Below the pieces are notes generated by a model. That model worked only from the letters and a program-made list of their open reading frames with translations. It was not told where the DNA came from and ran no database searches. Both the position numbers and the translations under genes were made by a program. A DNA stretch of 62,914 nucleotides, filler included, from Chiloscyllium plagiosum (lineage: Eukaryota), in NCBI RefSeq assembly GCF_004010195.1. It is 3 parts of one record of this genome, joined end to end, with 100 filler letters (N's around TTAATTAATTAA, not from the genome) between each part and the next. Parts side by side here need not be neighbours in the genome. Positions count along the whole stretch, not along the records: positions 23,375 to 50,104 come from NC_057712.1; positions 50,205 to 62,914 come from NC_057712.1; 1 more part is not named here. The stretch is one strand, 5' to 3'. This document shows positions 49,733 through 62,914 of this stretch, one piece after another. Each line of letters starts with the position of its first letter. Positions within the stretch are counted from its first letter, which is position 1.

Positions 49733-50104
49733 CCCTCTCTCGCCCTCTCTCGCCCTCTCTCGCCCCCTCTCGCCCCCTCTCGCCCTCTCTCGCCCTCTCT
49801 CGCCCTCTCTCGCCCTCTCTCGCCCTCTCTCGCCCTCTCTCGCCCTCTCTCGCCCTCTCTCGCCCTCTCTCGCCCTCTCTCGCCCTCTCTCGCCCTCTCT
49901 CGCCCTCTCTCGCCCTCTCTCGCCCTCTCTCGCCCTCTCTCGCCCTCTCTCGCCCTCTCTCGCCCTCTCTCGCCCTCTCTCGCCCTCTCTCGCCCTCTCT
50001 CGCCCTCTCTCGCCCTCTCTCGCCCTCTCTCGCCCTCTCTCGCCCTCTCTCGCCCTCTCTCGCCCTCTCTCGCCCTCTCTCGCCCTCTCTCGCCCTCTCT
50101 CGCC
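49733..50104. repeat. (CGCCCTCTCT)n 10-bp tandem repeat, about 37 units, runs into a gap
   Basis: Near-perfect array. Confidence 0.95.
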
Positions 50105-50204
50105 NNNNNNNNNNNNNNNNNNNNNNNNNNNNNNNNNNNNNNNNNNNNTTAATTAATTAANNNNNNNNNNNNNNNNNNNNNNNNNNNNNNNNNNNNNNNN
50201 NNNN
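50105..50204. other. Artificial assembly spacer N44-TTAATTAATTAA-N44
   Basis: Identical to 23275-23374. Confidence 0.92.
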
Positions 50205-50395
50205 TCCCCTGGCTAGGCGAGATCATCAGTGCTTGGGAGCCTCCTGCGAAGCGGCAGGGACAGACCACTATAAACACCGGAGGAAACATCAAAGAAGCGC
50301 TTCGCAGGAGGCTCCCAAGCACTGATGATGTCGCCTAGCCAGGGGATGAAACGTTTGCAACAAAAACTTCCAGCTCGGCGAACAGAACCACAACA
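50205..50395 (+). mobile_element. Penelope-like terminus (family C) with a 49-bp inverted repeat
   Basis: 50205-50253 is the reverse complement of 50298-50346 with 1 mismatch; contains a hammerhead motif. No ORF is attached, so the family call is inferred. Confidence 0.7.
50319..50358 (+). ncRNA. Minimal type I hammerhead ribozyme motif
   Basis: GCA-CTGATGA-t-gtcgcct(agcc)aggggat-GAAA-CG-TT-TGC; GCA/TGC form helix I. Confidence 0.65.
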
Positions 50396-51863
50396 TATTT
50401 GTATCATCAATAGTCACAGGTGAGTTGCCGGAAGACTGGAGGTTGGCTAACGTGGTGCCACTGTTTAAGAAAGGTGGTAAGGATAAGCCAGGGAACTATA
50501 TACCAGTGAGCCTGACGTCAGTGGTGGGCAAGTTGTTGGAGGGAATCCTGAGGGACAGGATGTACATGTATTTGGAAAGGGAAGGACTGATTCGGGATAG
50601 TCAACATAGCTTTGTGCATGAGAAATCATGTCTCACAGACTTGATTGAGTTTTTTGAAGAAGTAACGAAGAGGATAGATGAGGGCAAAGCAGTAGATGTG
50701 ATCTATGTGGACTTCAGTAAGGCGTTCGAATGGGAGATTGGTGAGCAAGGTTAGATCTCTCGGAATACAGGGAGAACTAGCCATTTGGATACAGAACTGG
50801 ATCAAAGGTAGAAGATAAAGGGTTGATTTTCAGACTGGAGGCCTATGATCAGTGGAGTGCCACAAGAATCGGTGCTGGGTCCTCTACTTTTTGTCATTTA
50901 CATGAATGATTTGGATGCGAGCATAAGAGGTACGGTTAGTAAGCTTGCAGATGACACCACAATTGGAGGTGTAGTGGACAGTGAAGTGGGTTACCTCAGA
51001 CTACAACAGGATCTTGATCAGATAGGGCAATGGGCTGAGAAGTGGCAGATGGAGTTTAATTCAGATAAATGTGAGGTGCTGCATTCTGGGAAAGCAAATC
51101 TTAGCAGGACTTATACACTTAATGGTAAGGTCCTAGGGAGTGTTGCTGAACAAAGAGACTTTGGAGTGTAAGTTCTTAGCTCCTTGAAAGTGGAGTCGCA
51201 GGTAAATAGGATAGTGAAGAAGGTGTTAGGTATGCTTTCCTTTATTGGTCAGAGTATTGAGTACAGGAGTTGGGAGATAATGTTGCGGCTGTACCGGTTA
51301 TTGATTAGGCCACTGTTGGAATATTGCGTGCAATTCCGATCTCCTTCCTATCGGAAAAATGTTGTGAAACTTGAAAGGGTTCAGAAAAGATTTACAAGGA
51401 TTTTGCCAGGGTTGGAGGATTTGAGCTATAAGGAGAGACTGAACAGGCTGGAGTTGTTTCAGTCGGAGGCTGAGGGGTGACCTTATAGAGGTTTACAAAA
51501 TTATGAGGGGCATGGATAGGATAAATAGACCAAGTCTTTTCCATGGTGTGTGGGAGTCCAGAACTAGAGGGCATAGGTTTAGGGTGAGAGGGGAAAGATA
51601 TAAAAGAGATCTGAGGGGCAACTTTTTCACATGGAGGGTGGTACGTGTATGGATTGAGCTGCCAGAGGAAGTGGTGTAGGCTGGTACAATTGCAACATTT
51701 AAAGGGCATTTGGATGGGTATATGAATAGGAAGGGTTTGGAGGGATATGGGCTGGATGCTGGCAGGTGGGACTAGATTGGGTTGGGATATCTGGTTGGCA
51801 TGGATGGGTTGGACTGAAGAGTCTGTTTCCATGCTATACACCTCTATGACTCTGTGACTCTAT
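50396..51863 (+). mobile_element. HER1/CR1 LINE RT + 3' end (relatively young)
   Basis: PEDWRLANVVPLFKKG..PGNY.PVSLTS, YVDFSKAF, SGVPQESVLGP, KLADDT; 3' tail. Confidence 0.93.
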
Positions 51864-51864
51864 A

Positions 51865-53968
51865 GCTTAAATTATATTGAAAAGCAGGCAGAGTTAGCTA
51901 AAGTAGACAGATTAGCAGGAATGACAGTGAGTGAGCAATGACAGATACTTAGAGGTAGTTCATGATTCTCAGCAAAAATACATCTAACCAAGGAAGTTAA
52001 GACTATAAAGTTGGGAAAAAAAGCATGTAGGGAGGCCAAAGTCTGTGATAGCCCCAAACACTGGTGTAAATTCAGAATCCAGAAAGGAGGACTAAAACAA
52101 TAATAAAGACAGAGAAAATAAATTACAAGGGCAAACCAACAAGGAATGTAGGTTCTGAGAATAAGAGCTTCTGTAAAATGAATCTAGGGAGATGGTTATG
52201 GGGAACAAAGAAATGACAGAGGAACTAAACAGATTTTTTAATCAGTCTGAATGCTGGAAGATTCTTTGAGCTAAAGAATACAGGAGAGAATGAAGTAAAT
52301 TCACCATCCGTATTAGCCAAACTAATGGGACTAATGGCAACTAAGTCCCTGGCCCAGAGGGCTTGCATCCTATGAACCTAAAAGAGGTAGGTACAAAGAT
52401 AGCAGATGCACTGATTGTGACTGAGGCAAACAGCAGGTAGCTATGTGCTGATTAGTCCAACATCTGTGGTTGGAAAGTGTTGGAATAGCAGTGCATTTAG
52501 AAAATTCTAATCTAATCAAGCAGAGTCAGCATAACTTCATGAAAGGGAAATTGTGTCTGACTAATTTATTAGAGTTTTTTGAGAAAATCTCAAGTGGAGT
52601 GGATAGAAGGAACAAGTAGATGTGTTGTATTTGGACTTCTAGTAGGCATTCAACAAGGTACCTCACAAAACATTGTCATAATTGGAGCCCACAGTATTGG
52701 AGATAGTACATTGACATGGATAGAGAATTGGCTAATGGGCAGGAAACAGAGTGGGGATAAGGGCTCTTTTTCACGTTAGCATCTGGTAACCAATTGAGTT
52801 CCATCGGGATCAGTGCTGAGGCCACAACTGTTTACAGTATATATTGATGACTTGGAGGAATGAACTGGATGTACTGTAATCAAATTTACAGACTACACAA
52901 AAATAGGTGGAAAGGTAGTTTGCAAGAGGGATGCATAGTTTCCAGAGATATATTGATAGATTATATAAGTGGGCAACAAGTTGGCAAGTGGAGTATAATA
53001 TGGGAAGATGTCAAATTATTCATTTTGGAGGGGAGAACAAAAGAAGAAGGTATTGTTTAAATCGTGAAAAACTTCAGAAATCTGCAACACAAAGGGGCTT
53101 GGTACTTATGCATGAAACACAAGGCTAGCACACAAGTGCAGGAAGTAATCAGGAAAGCTAATGGAATGTTGGCCTTTATTTCAAGGGGGTTGGAATATTA
53201 GCATCGAGAAATCTTACTGCAACTATACAACGTGCTGGTGAGATCACATTTGGAATACTGAGTGAGGTTTTGGTTCCCCCTACTTAAGGAAATGTATCAT
53301 TTCATTGGAGGCAGTTCAGAGAAGCTTCACAGAATGATCCCCTATATTGAGGATTATCTGTGTGAGCAGAGCTAACAGGTTGGGACACTACTCACTGGAG
53401 TTTAGAAGAATAAAAGATGACCTTGCAACATTTGCAGACTTACCAACTTTATAGGCATTTAAATGGTCATTGGATAGGCATATGGATGAGGATGGAATAG
53501 TGTAGGTTAGATGGACTTCAGATTGGTTTCACAGAGCGGCGCAACATCGAGGGCCGAAGGGCCTGTATTGCGCTGTGATGTTCTATCTCATTGAAACATG
53601 TAGGATTCTAAATGGACTTGACAGAGTAAATGCTGAGAGGCTGTTTCCCTTCATGTGAGAGGCTAGGACCAGGGTGTATAGTCTCAGAAGAAAGATATGC
53701 TAATTTAAGACTCGGATGTGGTGGAATTTATTCTCACAGGATTGAATCTTTGGAACTCCTTGCTACAGTGGGCTGTGGGGCAGAATCCTTGTGTATATTT
53801 AAGGCTGAGGCAGATAGATAGATAGATTCTTAATCAGTTGGGGAATTAAGGGTTGGGGGAATTGCAGGAAAGTGGATAGGAGGAATGTCAGATCAGCCAT
53901 GATCTTATTAAATGAATAAGCTCAAGGGGCTGAATGGCCTACTGCTGTTCCCATTTCTTATAGTTTCA
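51865..53968 (+). mobile_element. Older CR1 LINE ORF2 remnant
   Basis: Eroded KSPGP.GLHP, CLTNLLEFFE, GSVL.P, WQVEYN motifs and a 3' tail. Confidence 0.78.
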
Positions 53969-55451
53969 TGTGATGGAAATAAAAATTGGAAATTTTAGTG
54001 ATGTCTTGAGTTTGTGGTCAGAGGTTCATCACAGGATCAAATATTTAAAACACTTCGATTAAGAACACACAGCTTCGTTAGGCAAAAGATGGAAGAACAA
54101 GTGTACATTGCTACAAAATTTTAAAGCATGAGTTTCACATTATGGCTCCTTACACAATTTTATCTTTAATCCTAGCCATGATTAATCCTAGCCTAGTCTT
54201 CATGATCCAAATAGGGGAGGTGTCAAGAAATTCCACATACAACAATCCTGGAAGGGGAATGCCAAGGAGGAATTACTTTTGGCTAATTTCACAACATATC
54301 TAAAACCAACTCAAGAGTGGTATTAACAAAAGAATGGGACTGGGTTACTGTTTATACTGTCAATCATTAAATGCTACGCAAGCTGGGCAAAGCCAGAGAC
54401 AGACAGTAAGAAAATTAAACTAAATTGAAAATAAGGGAAGGAAAAGAAAATCAAAACATGATTTTGCTCATCACTGATTAGAGCATCAGCGTTTTAATAA
54501 TGGGCTTCTGCTGTAATTTCCAACTTTTCTGTGGTGACAGAAATACATCAGCTATGCCAAAAACATCGTGGTGCATTTTTGATTGTCAGTCACAATTAGT
54601 TACAAATACTGCAATTATTGCATCGATGATTAAACACATGGCAGCTGGTAGCACTTGAGAACAAACAGCAAATAACAAATTGCATGCTCCAAAATCAGGA
54701 TGAATAGAAAAAGAGCTTAGTCAAATTAATTTTAAAAAACTCTTATATTTGTAGAATAGAACCTGTCTGTTACACCAGTTTTCTACGAGATCGTACATTT
54801 TAAGGGACATGGGCCTCTGGGCATTTTTCAAACAGATTTATTTTTAGAATGGGACAGAAGAGTCTTAGCAAATGCTTACCTTTTTAGGTATGTTTAAACT
54901 AGTGCATCTGTCATAATTGTGCTCATTGCTATATATGTATATATAAATTGTGCATGTTCATTGTGTGCTCTTGAACAACCACAGGAATATAAATAAGCTT
55001 TGGTTCCCATATTTTAGAAGCTAGGTAAATCCATATCTGCTCATGACATCACTTACATCCTTGGTGTTTTCAGCTTGTATAAATGTGAAATACAAATGAG
55101 TGTATCAAGTACCCAGAAGAAATGTTGTTAGTTCTGCAAACTGTTTCAGGAGTTTTTAACATTATTTTGAATTTTCAATTTTCTTTTATTTTTAAGATAT
55201 TATTGATTTTTTTTAATTGGTAGTCTTTGTTGAGGTTGTGTCCTTCAGTTGAAAATCTGCTTCAGGTCAGACAAGGAGTCAAAGCAGTCGGGGAACAATC
55301 ATGGAAGATGGGGAGTGACACTTTTTTGTGGATGAGAGATGCACGTCACCACTAATGAGAGAGAACAGCAGAGATGGAGCAATATTGGGCCTCAGATATG
55401 ATAAAAACTATTCTGTCCTTCATAATGTGCAGCATTTCAATCTCGCTATTA

Positions 55452-55708
55452 CAGAAAGATCCCCATATCCGTGGAATCGTTTTCCACAGTTTCAATTACC
55501 CACGGTTTACTGTGGCCAGAGCATATTATAGGGAATGTTCTGGAACTAGGGACCAGGAGGTTGATGGGAAGGTACGTTTCCCATTTAATTGAATGGGTTT
55601 GCTCCTATCCGTGGTTTTGGGCTTCCGCGGTAGGTCCTGGAGCGTATCCCCCGCGGTACGGGGAGAGGGGGGGTGGGGGGGAAGGGGTGGGAGAGGTGGA
55701 AACAACTG
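55452..55708. mobile_element. Tigger-like MITE with a G-rich tract in the right TIR
   Basis: TA|CAG..tccccatatccgtgg ... ccgcggtacgggga..CTG|TA. Confidence 0.55.
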
Positions 55709-55776
55709 TATATCCAATTACAGATATTTTTAATCACCCCGTTCAGACTGTTATGACACACCTCTGGGGCAGGTAG

Positions 55777-56540
55777 TCATAGAGTTATACAACACAGAAA
55801 CAAACCCTTTGGTCCAACTTGTCCGCAATGAGCAAATATCCTAAACTGATCGAGTCCTATTTGTCAGCATTTTGCTCATCCTGATGAAAGGCTTATGCCC
55901 GAAACATCGAATCTTCTGCTCCCCGGCTGCTGCCTGACTTGCTGTGCTTTCCCAGCAACACACTCTCGACAACTTTTGCCCTTATCCCTCTAAACCCATC
56001 TAGATGCTTTTTAAATGTCGTAACTGTACCCACTTATGCCAACTTGTTCCCACACAAACCACCCTCTGGATTAAATATTTGCCCCTCAGGTCCCTTTTAA
56101 ATCTTTTCCCCCCCTCACATAAAACTTCTTCCCTCTAGTTTTGAATTCTCCTACCACGGGGAAAAGGCCATGGTTATTCACCTAGTTGATACCCCCCTTG
56201 ATTTTATAAACCTCTATAAGGTCATCCCTCAGCCTGCAATGCTCCAGGCAAAATAGCCCCAGCCAATTCAGCCTCTTCCCCCGTAGCTCAAACCCTCCAA
56301 TCTTGGCAACATCTTTGTAATTCTTTTCTGAACCCTTTCAAGTTTAACAACGTCTTTACTATAGCAGGGAGACGAGAGTTGAATGCGGTATTTTAAAACT
56401 CTCAAATTCACCATGTTCTGTACAGCCATAACATGATGTCCCAACTCTTGTACTCAATACACTGACCAATGAAAGCTTGTGTGCCAAACGTTTCTTTCTC
56501 CACCCTGTCTACCTGTGCCTCCACTTTCAAGGAACTTTAC
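55777..56540 (-). mobile_element. HER1/CR1 LINE 3' portion
   Basis: Reverse complement of sequence like 6011-6622. Confidence 0.82.
55875..55970 (+). mobile_element. Short Penelope-derived element (family B) with a decayed hammerhead
   Basis: CTGATGA-aaggcttatgccc-GAAA-CA-TC-gaat; interrupts the LINE tail. Confidence 0.7.
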
Positions 56541-56559
56541 AAGTTTGACATGGCATGTG

Positions 56560-56692
56560 TGGAGATAGTGAGGACTGCAGATGCTGAAGATCAGTGTCAA
56601 GAGTGTGGTGCTGGAAATGCACAGCAGGTCAGGCAGCATCCGTGGAGTAGGGGAATTGACGTTTCGGGCAAGAGCCCTTCCTTCATCAGGAG
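56560..56692 (-). mobile_element. Short Penelope-derived element (family B) with a hammerhead variant
   Basis: Minus strand CTGATGA-aggaa-GGGC(tctt)GCCC-GAAA-CG-TC. Confidence 0.72.
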
Positions 56693-56759
56693 TAGATGTA
56701 TGGCCTGTCATATGTAGGAATTCATAGACCCTAAGGGCTCCTGGATGGCTATTGAAGTC

Positions 56760-57290
56760 CAGCTTGACACACAGGAAGATGGTTGTGGTTGTTGGAGGTC
56801 AGACATCTCCGCTCCGCTGTAGTATCCTAGGACCAACCATCTCTAGCTGCTTCATCAATGACCTTTCCTTCATCATAAAGTCAGAAGTGGGGATATTCAC
56901 CAATGATTGCACAATGTTCAACACCCTACAAAAATCCTCAGAAACTGAAGCAGTCCATGTTCAAATGCAACGGGATCTGGACAATATCCAGGCTTGGGCT
57001 GACAAGTAGCAATGGGCATTTGCATCACGCAAATGCCAGGAAATTACTATCTCCAATAAGAGACAATCTAACCACCACCCATTGACAGTCAATACTTTTA
57101 CCCTCATTGAAACTCTCACTACCAGTATCCTGGGAGGTTAACATTGACCAGAAACTCAACTGGATTTGCCGTGTAAATACAGTGGCCATAAGAGTAGGTC
57201 AGAGAACAGGAATGCTGTGGCAAGTAACTCATCTCCAGATTATCCAGAGCCTGTCCATCTTCTACAAGGCACAAGTCAGGTATGCACCGG
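56760..57290 (+). mobile_element. L2-like LINE RT fragment
   Basis: SILGPTI..FINDL..IFTNDCT..MQRDLDNIQAWADK. Confidence 0.78.
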
Positions 57291-60200
57291 GCCACAGGAT
57301 GAGTGCAGCATGAACAACACTGAAGAAGGGACATCCAAGTCAAAGCAACGCACCCAGCTGGCACCGTACCCACAAAGAACTTGAACCTGGGCCTTCTGGC
57401 CCAGAGGTAGGGACACTACCACTTCACCTTAATGTCCTGCAATCTAATTATATGCAGATCATCTCCAGCAATGACTTTACACCCTGGCCTGTCTGTTATC
57501 CATCTTTAATTCCCTTCTGTATTTCACATAAATGCAAAATATTGGTGACAACATGGGATTGATTTCCTCTTACACTCTCCACCAGTCCTGTCAATGCCTC
57601 CACTGCCTCTGTCTTATCAGCATTCTTTGCAGCATCAAGTCAGAATCAGCAAGTTTCCTCCATGTTAAACAGTGTGAATACTGAGGTCGTCAGGTTGAAT
57701 ATTACCAAAAATGGATTAAGTATCAATTTGGTGAATTTCAGGAGGGTGTATCTCTCCATAAGGGTAATTTCTTACACTCTTCTCCAAAATGTATTACCCA
57801 TATATCATGCCTCTGTGGCACTACATTTGTCCTGTCTTTCCTCTTCCCAGAGGTGCGAGTACTTGCTACTGCTAGAGCCTCACATGCTGCTCAGGGCACA
57901 AAGGTAACAGGACACTTCATTGCAAACGCCAGTGCACATTTATAAACGCATTTCTATTTAAGAACCAAGCTACACTAGTTGCCTGTCTAAGGGTGTGTTA
58001 CTCATTCCCAAAGCTCAGTATAGCCTATTATCTTCTCATTATTCAATAGGGGACCGTCACATACTGGAAAACCTTCAAATGGCTGAAAACATTGATTCTT
58101 ATTCGGCAACATCAAAAACAAAGGAAAAGCAAACTGAAGCTGCATTTCCTTCTGGAACAGACAGGGATTGCGTAACTTTAGAGCACCAACAAATGTTACT
58201 GTCAATGGGTGATCAGTACATCAAGTTCAATCGATGAAATCCAGGTATCAATTAAATCCTACACACAAAAAAAACAAAAAAAGCACTGTTCCAAAAAAAG
58301 ATCACTGGACCTGAAGTTCTGCATTCTCTCCACAGATGCTCCCAGACCTGCTGAATTTTTCCAGCAATTTATGTTTTTGTCTCAATTAAATCCTGCGTGG
58401 CACTGGCACACCCACACTGCACTGATCTATCACACTGACGGTGATGTTCCTCCTGCTCAGTCTCCTTATTGTCTTCCTCTGAAGATTGCTCTCACTCTTT
58501 GAGCTCTTAAGAATGCATTACATCACCTATTTGTTGGCCCCTTATGCACAGCACAGATAGTTAGAATTATGGTGAATCTTGCCTGGACTGTGCTGAAAGG
58601 GACCCCTTCCACACTGACCAATCCAAGCTTTGGAATCTTTTCTGCCACAGATTTATAATTATTTTCAAGAATTTTTCCATACCCAGACCCAGTCAGGACT
58701 TTTTTTTTTGCATTTTTTGATCATGAGATATCACGTGTATTGTCTATTCCTAATTGTCTGCAGAGTGGCTTGCTCAAGCCACCTCAGAGAGCAGTTGAGA
58801 GTAAGCCAACATTGCCATGGGTCTGGAATTACACGTACACCAGACCAGATTTCCTTCCCTAAAGGATATTAGTGAACTAAATTGGTTTTTAATGACAATT
58901 GACAATTATTACATGGTTTCCATTAGGCTTGCGTTTTAATTCCAGATTGATATTAAATTCAGAGTTCACTATCTATATTTTCTCACCATTTAAAACCAGA
59001 TTGGAGAATTGCATTTTTTTTTCACTCAATATCATTTCATCAATCTCTCTCCAATTTCCCAATTGACTCACCATTGGCCAGGGGCTGGAAAATTCCAACC
59101 ATCACTTTTAATCCTTGCCACAAATTCCATACCCTTGCCTACAATTCTATTCCTTTGTCAACTATTTTGCAGTGACACAGTTTGTTTACAATGTTAATAT
59201 CCTATTAGACCTACAGCTGATCATCTGAATCAATGTCCCTGGCATCAGAAAGACCACCTCTTTCCATCTCCACAACATTGATTTCAGTAGAGTCACAGGC
59301 AAACAATCTGATTCTGAGATAGTCAACCGTGTCTCTGTCACCTCCAAACTTCTCTATTCTATTATTTTATTGCTGTCCTCCCATTCTTTACTTTTCAAAA
59401 AATTTGACTGAGTATACCTTGATGTATCTTTTTGATCTCCCATGTGTTATTGGCTGACAATGTTTTCTCTTATCAATGTCACTGTTGAACATTTGTCTTC
59501 TTTGAAGGGTCCTTAGTTTCATTAAATCATGTCAGAGAAGATATAATAATTAATTAATTCTGAAATAATTAATCTCCTTTGTTTGACGCTGGAACAAAGT
59601 ATGTCCGTGTGATTATTCCACCCTTGCTTGCATTCTTTTTGATAACATTGTCAGTGTATCATATTCAGGTTCTCCACAGCTGCTGCCAGACCTGCTGAGT
59701 TTTCCCAGAAATGTTTGTTTCTGATTCTGATTTCCAACATCTGCAATTCTTTTTTTTTAAATCAGGTTCAATCATTGACACTAAAGCTGACTGCTGTTTT
59801 GGGAACTCTTTGAAACAGATGAATTTGCTGATTCAAGCATTGAGGTAGAAGATCATCTGTGATTAAGCTGAACGATGGGTCAGGCTGGTGAACCTGGGTA
59901 GCCCTGCTTGTATTTTCCCTGACTGCATGTTCCTAACTAACTTTAATAAAGTAATTTAGCGTGCACATGAAATTGTCATGCTCATTTCATTAATTTTACC
60001 AACAGGCCTTAAGCATGTAGCCAGTTTTAAGTATGAGGCTAGAGTACGAGGTCTGTGTTCTCTGTTCCTAGCCTCCTACATGGCCACTGCACTTGAACTC
60101 ACAGCAACATCCCCTGTCTCTTTGCTGTCCTCTTCATCTAACACAAACTGTTGCAATGAAAGCCCAGACTATCATAAAAACTCTCACAGCTTCCGTCTTG

Positions 60201-61265
60201 ACTTCATCCCTATTGTATTAATTTGACCCATGGGTAGAGCCTTTACAGTTGAATTTTTTCACAATTGTTGAGGCACAACCATAAACAAGTTTAAAATCAT
60301 GCAGCTATGTTTCAATCCCAAGCAGCTACTTGAAATTTGGAAAAAAAATGGTGTTTTAGAATGAGAAAGGCAAAGTAATATAGCGAAAATGAATTGTCCA
60401 GGCTAAAATATTGAAAATGAAACACAAGATTCTGAAAATACAAAGCAGGGCCATTAGCATTGAGAAAAGAAAAGAACAATTAATGATTTTGTAGAGACTC
60501 TGTCAGGACTAAAATAAAATCCTGTAAAATCATCTTTAACAGCATCAGGCGATTTAATTATGGCTGCAGCATTACCGAAACTGTAGCATGCTGATTAGAC
60601 CCCTGGGAAGCAGATAGAATGAAGTGTTAATCTATGTGATACACTCAATAGGTGAACCTTAGCATCTGTGGAGGGCTGTGATTACAAGGGATGATGTACC
60701 AGCATGTGGTCGCATAACCTAACAGCAGAGAAATCAGCTTGATGACTTTTGAGAATTCCAACAGGAAAATGCACCCCGGTTTTAAGCAAATTAAACAATA
60801 AGGACACTCTAATTTAATATCTGTTTTAGTACAATCAAATCTGTATGCAAATCTTCAGAATCCCTTACTGATAGACAAGAATGAACATAAAGTGCATACG
60901 TGAAAGGAATTTAATCACAGAAATAAATACAGGTGTGTTCAACTTTGTATAAGATGGAAAATATAATAATATATTTTATCCTGGACGTGAACGAAGTTTC
61001 CTCTAAGTATAGCTTGCGGTTTAAAAAAAACCGAAGACATGTGTAAACTAAAGAAAAATTAAGAGATACATTTTTGGTCGATTAGGTGATTGAAGTATGG
61101 AAATTCATGACCGAATCATGCTTCAAAAAAATCTTCAAACCGAGTTACTGAGAAATCAACTCTGTAGGGTTTCTATGTGGGGAATGTATTGGCAGGGGTG
61201 GGTGGAAGACTGTTCAGATCCTGGAGGATTTTATAGGCACAAACTCGGTGCTGCCCACTATACGT

Positions 61266-61482
61266 GGGTGGCACGGTGGCACAGTGTTTAGCACTGCTGC
61301 CTCACAGCGCCAGAGACCTGGGTTCAATTCCTGCCTCAGGCGACTGACTGGAGTTTGCACATTCTCTCCGTGTCTGCGTGGGTTTCCTCCGGGTGCTCCA
61401 GTTTCCTCCCACAGTCCAGGTTAGGTGAATTGACCAGGCTAAATTGTTGGGCTGAAGGGACAGTAAGTAATCTAATCTAATC
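61266..61482 (+). mobile_element. HE1 SINE, internally deleted
   Basis: tRNA-like head, V-domain, short (TAATC)n tail. Confidence 0.85.
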
Positions 61483-62466
61483 ATATCACCAAAGTACTGT
61501 GGTAAGTCTCCATGTACTTATCTAGCTGTCATCCTAATGTGATGCTGAAAACCTGTAGTTCACTACTAGCTGCAGCTCCAGACAACCGTTGCTAGTACAG
61601 CTTCAATATGATAGGATCTGTATAACAATGAGCAAAATTGTTTGGTGCAAAGAAAGTAGGACAAATCCAATCTGACTAAATTGAAAAAGTATTTCAGAAT
61701 GTTATTTAATGTTGGAATGTGTAATTGCAGATAGTTATTGACATTGGAAAGTTCTATTATAAATATTTGTGAAGTTACAAATGTAGGTACAAACACTATT
61801 AAATTTTTTTAAAAATAATAAATAAGACAGTGGGTTACATGTAAGTAGATGGAAAGGTAGCTGGATTCCATTTGGCCTATACACATTAAGAAATTAATAA
61901 TTTAAGAATAGATCAAAGAAAACCAAAAACATACATCCAGAACTTGGTGTATGAATTCAAAAATAAGAACAACATGTCTTATTTGGGAAAAGAATGATTG
62001 AGTACAATATGATCTGTGCACTTTAAATACTGAGAGCGTAATTTAAATGTAAGCAAATAACTTCATCTAAACTATTGCCTAAGACACACATTTAAATTTA
62101 ACAAGCCTGAAGAAATTCTAGAAGAATTTGTGAGGAAACTTCTTTTATGTCACTCGAACAGTGGATATGTGAAAATCATTACCAGAGGAAAGCAAAATGA
62201 TTTTTGTCAATTAACATTGGTGATTGGGAATGGAATTGGAGGTTTCATGGGATAGATATCAAACGAAACTAGTGATTACTCACTTCAATGTAGTGGATGC
62301 TGGATTTTCAGTTTCAAGGAATGCGACAATTTAGTGATGAATATGCATCTCTAATTTTAAGTGTTTGTTTATTTTAATTTTGGGGATTTGGAGTATTTGT
62401 TAACACTGAATTGTACTACAGGACATCAAGTAAGAGGGGTAGGATCCCTGGTCAAATAGATTGTAC

Positions 62467-62914
62467 TTTTTTTTTAATTTCAAAATATACTTTATTCATA
62501 GAAATAAATCTTTGGTACTTGTACAATTTGTCATGTCGTTCATAGATATATACATTGCATGTCTTAAACATTACAAAGAACAGATTGAATTACTCGAATT
62601 TACAGTTATCCTATTTACAGTTCCCTTTATTAACCATCCAGTCTCTTGTTATTTAGCTGTGGCTTCAGCAGAACCCACCTACTGAGTGGGTGCCCTGTTA
62701 TACTATAGCAAATGAACCTTTTTTAATCCCAGTTTATGGGGTTACCGTTGTCCATTTGATTGTCCTGTCTCTGGGGTAGCTGTCTGCATCCCCATGGTGA
62801 GCACGAACTGCTGGACCCTCACTGGGCTGAGGTAGCTATCCAGGCTGTCACTGTGGTCATTTACCTGCTCTGGAGTCATTGAGCCAAGGCAAGGACGGCC
62901 AACGTTCCCTCTTA
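62467..62914 (-). mobile_element. Probable poly(A)-tailed retroelement 3' end (possibly L1/Tx1-like)
   Basis: Minus-strand AATAAA shortly before an A-rich tail, and a shift to higher GC; no diagnostic protein motif seen. Confidence 0.35.

Noticed and set aside
49697..50152. 151-aa (SPSLALSRPL)n protein or CRISPR-like array
   Set aside because: Translation of a spacer-less 10-bp tandem repeat.
38633..62914. Final catalytic exon (YG.H.AFY...EWHEG)
   Set aside because: No ORF with these motifs is visible. It is presumably beyond the window or in a gap, so its absence is not evidence of a pseudogene.

Overview
Repeat-rich genomic DNA from a cartilaginous fish, most likely a shark (inferred from HE1-type V-SINEs and their HER1/CR1 LINE partners). 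The only host gene I can support is a + strand GH99 Golgi endo-alpha-1,2-mannosidase (MANEA/MANEAL family). Three phase-compatible coding exons are present (26424-26985, 30380-30489, 38559-38632); the last, catalytic exon is not in the window. The rest is mostly transposon-derived: CR1 and L2-like LINE fragments, HE1 SINEs, Tigger-like MITEs and a solo LTR. Two things stand out. (1) A decayed Ty3/Gypsy element with the rare PR-IN-RT-RNaseH order (Gmr1-like). (2) At least three families of Penelope-like retroelements whose 3' ends carry minimal hammerhead ribozyme motifs; they occur as young TSD-flanked copies, short non-coding derivatives and palindromic insertions. Two 100-bp N44-TTAATTAATTAA-N44 spacers are assembly joins, so adjacency across them is not guaranteed. 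Family names come from recognised motifs, not database searches, and boundaries of old repeats are approximate.
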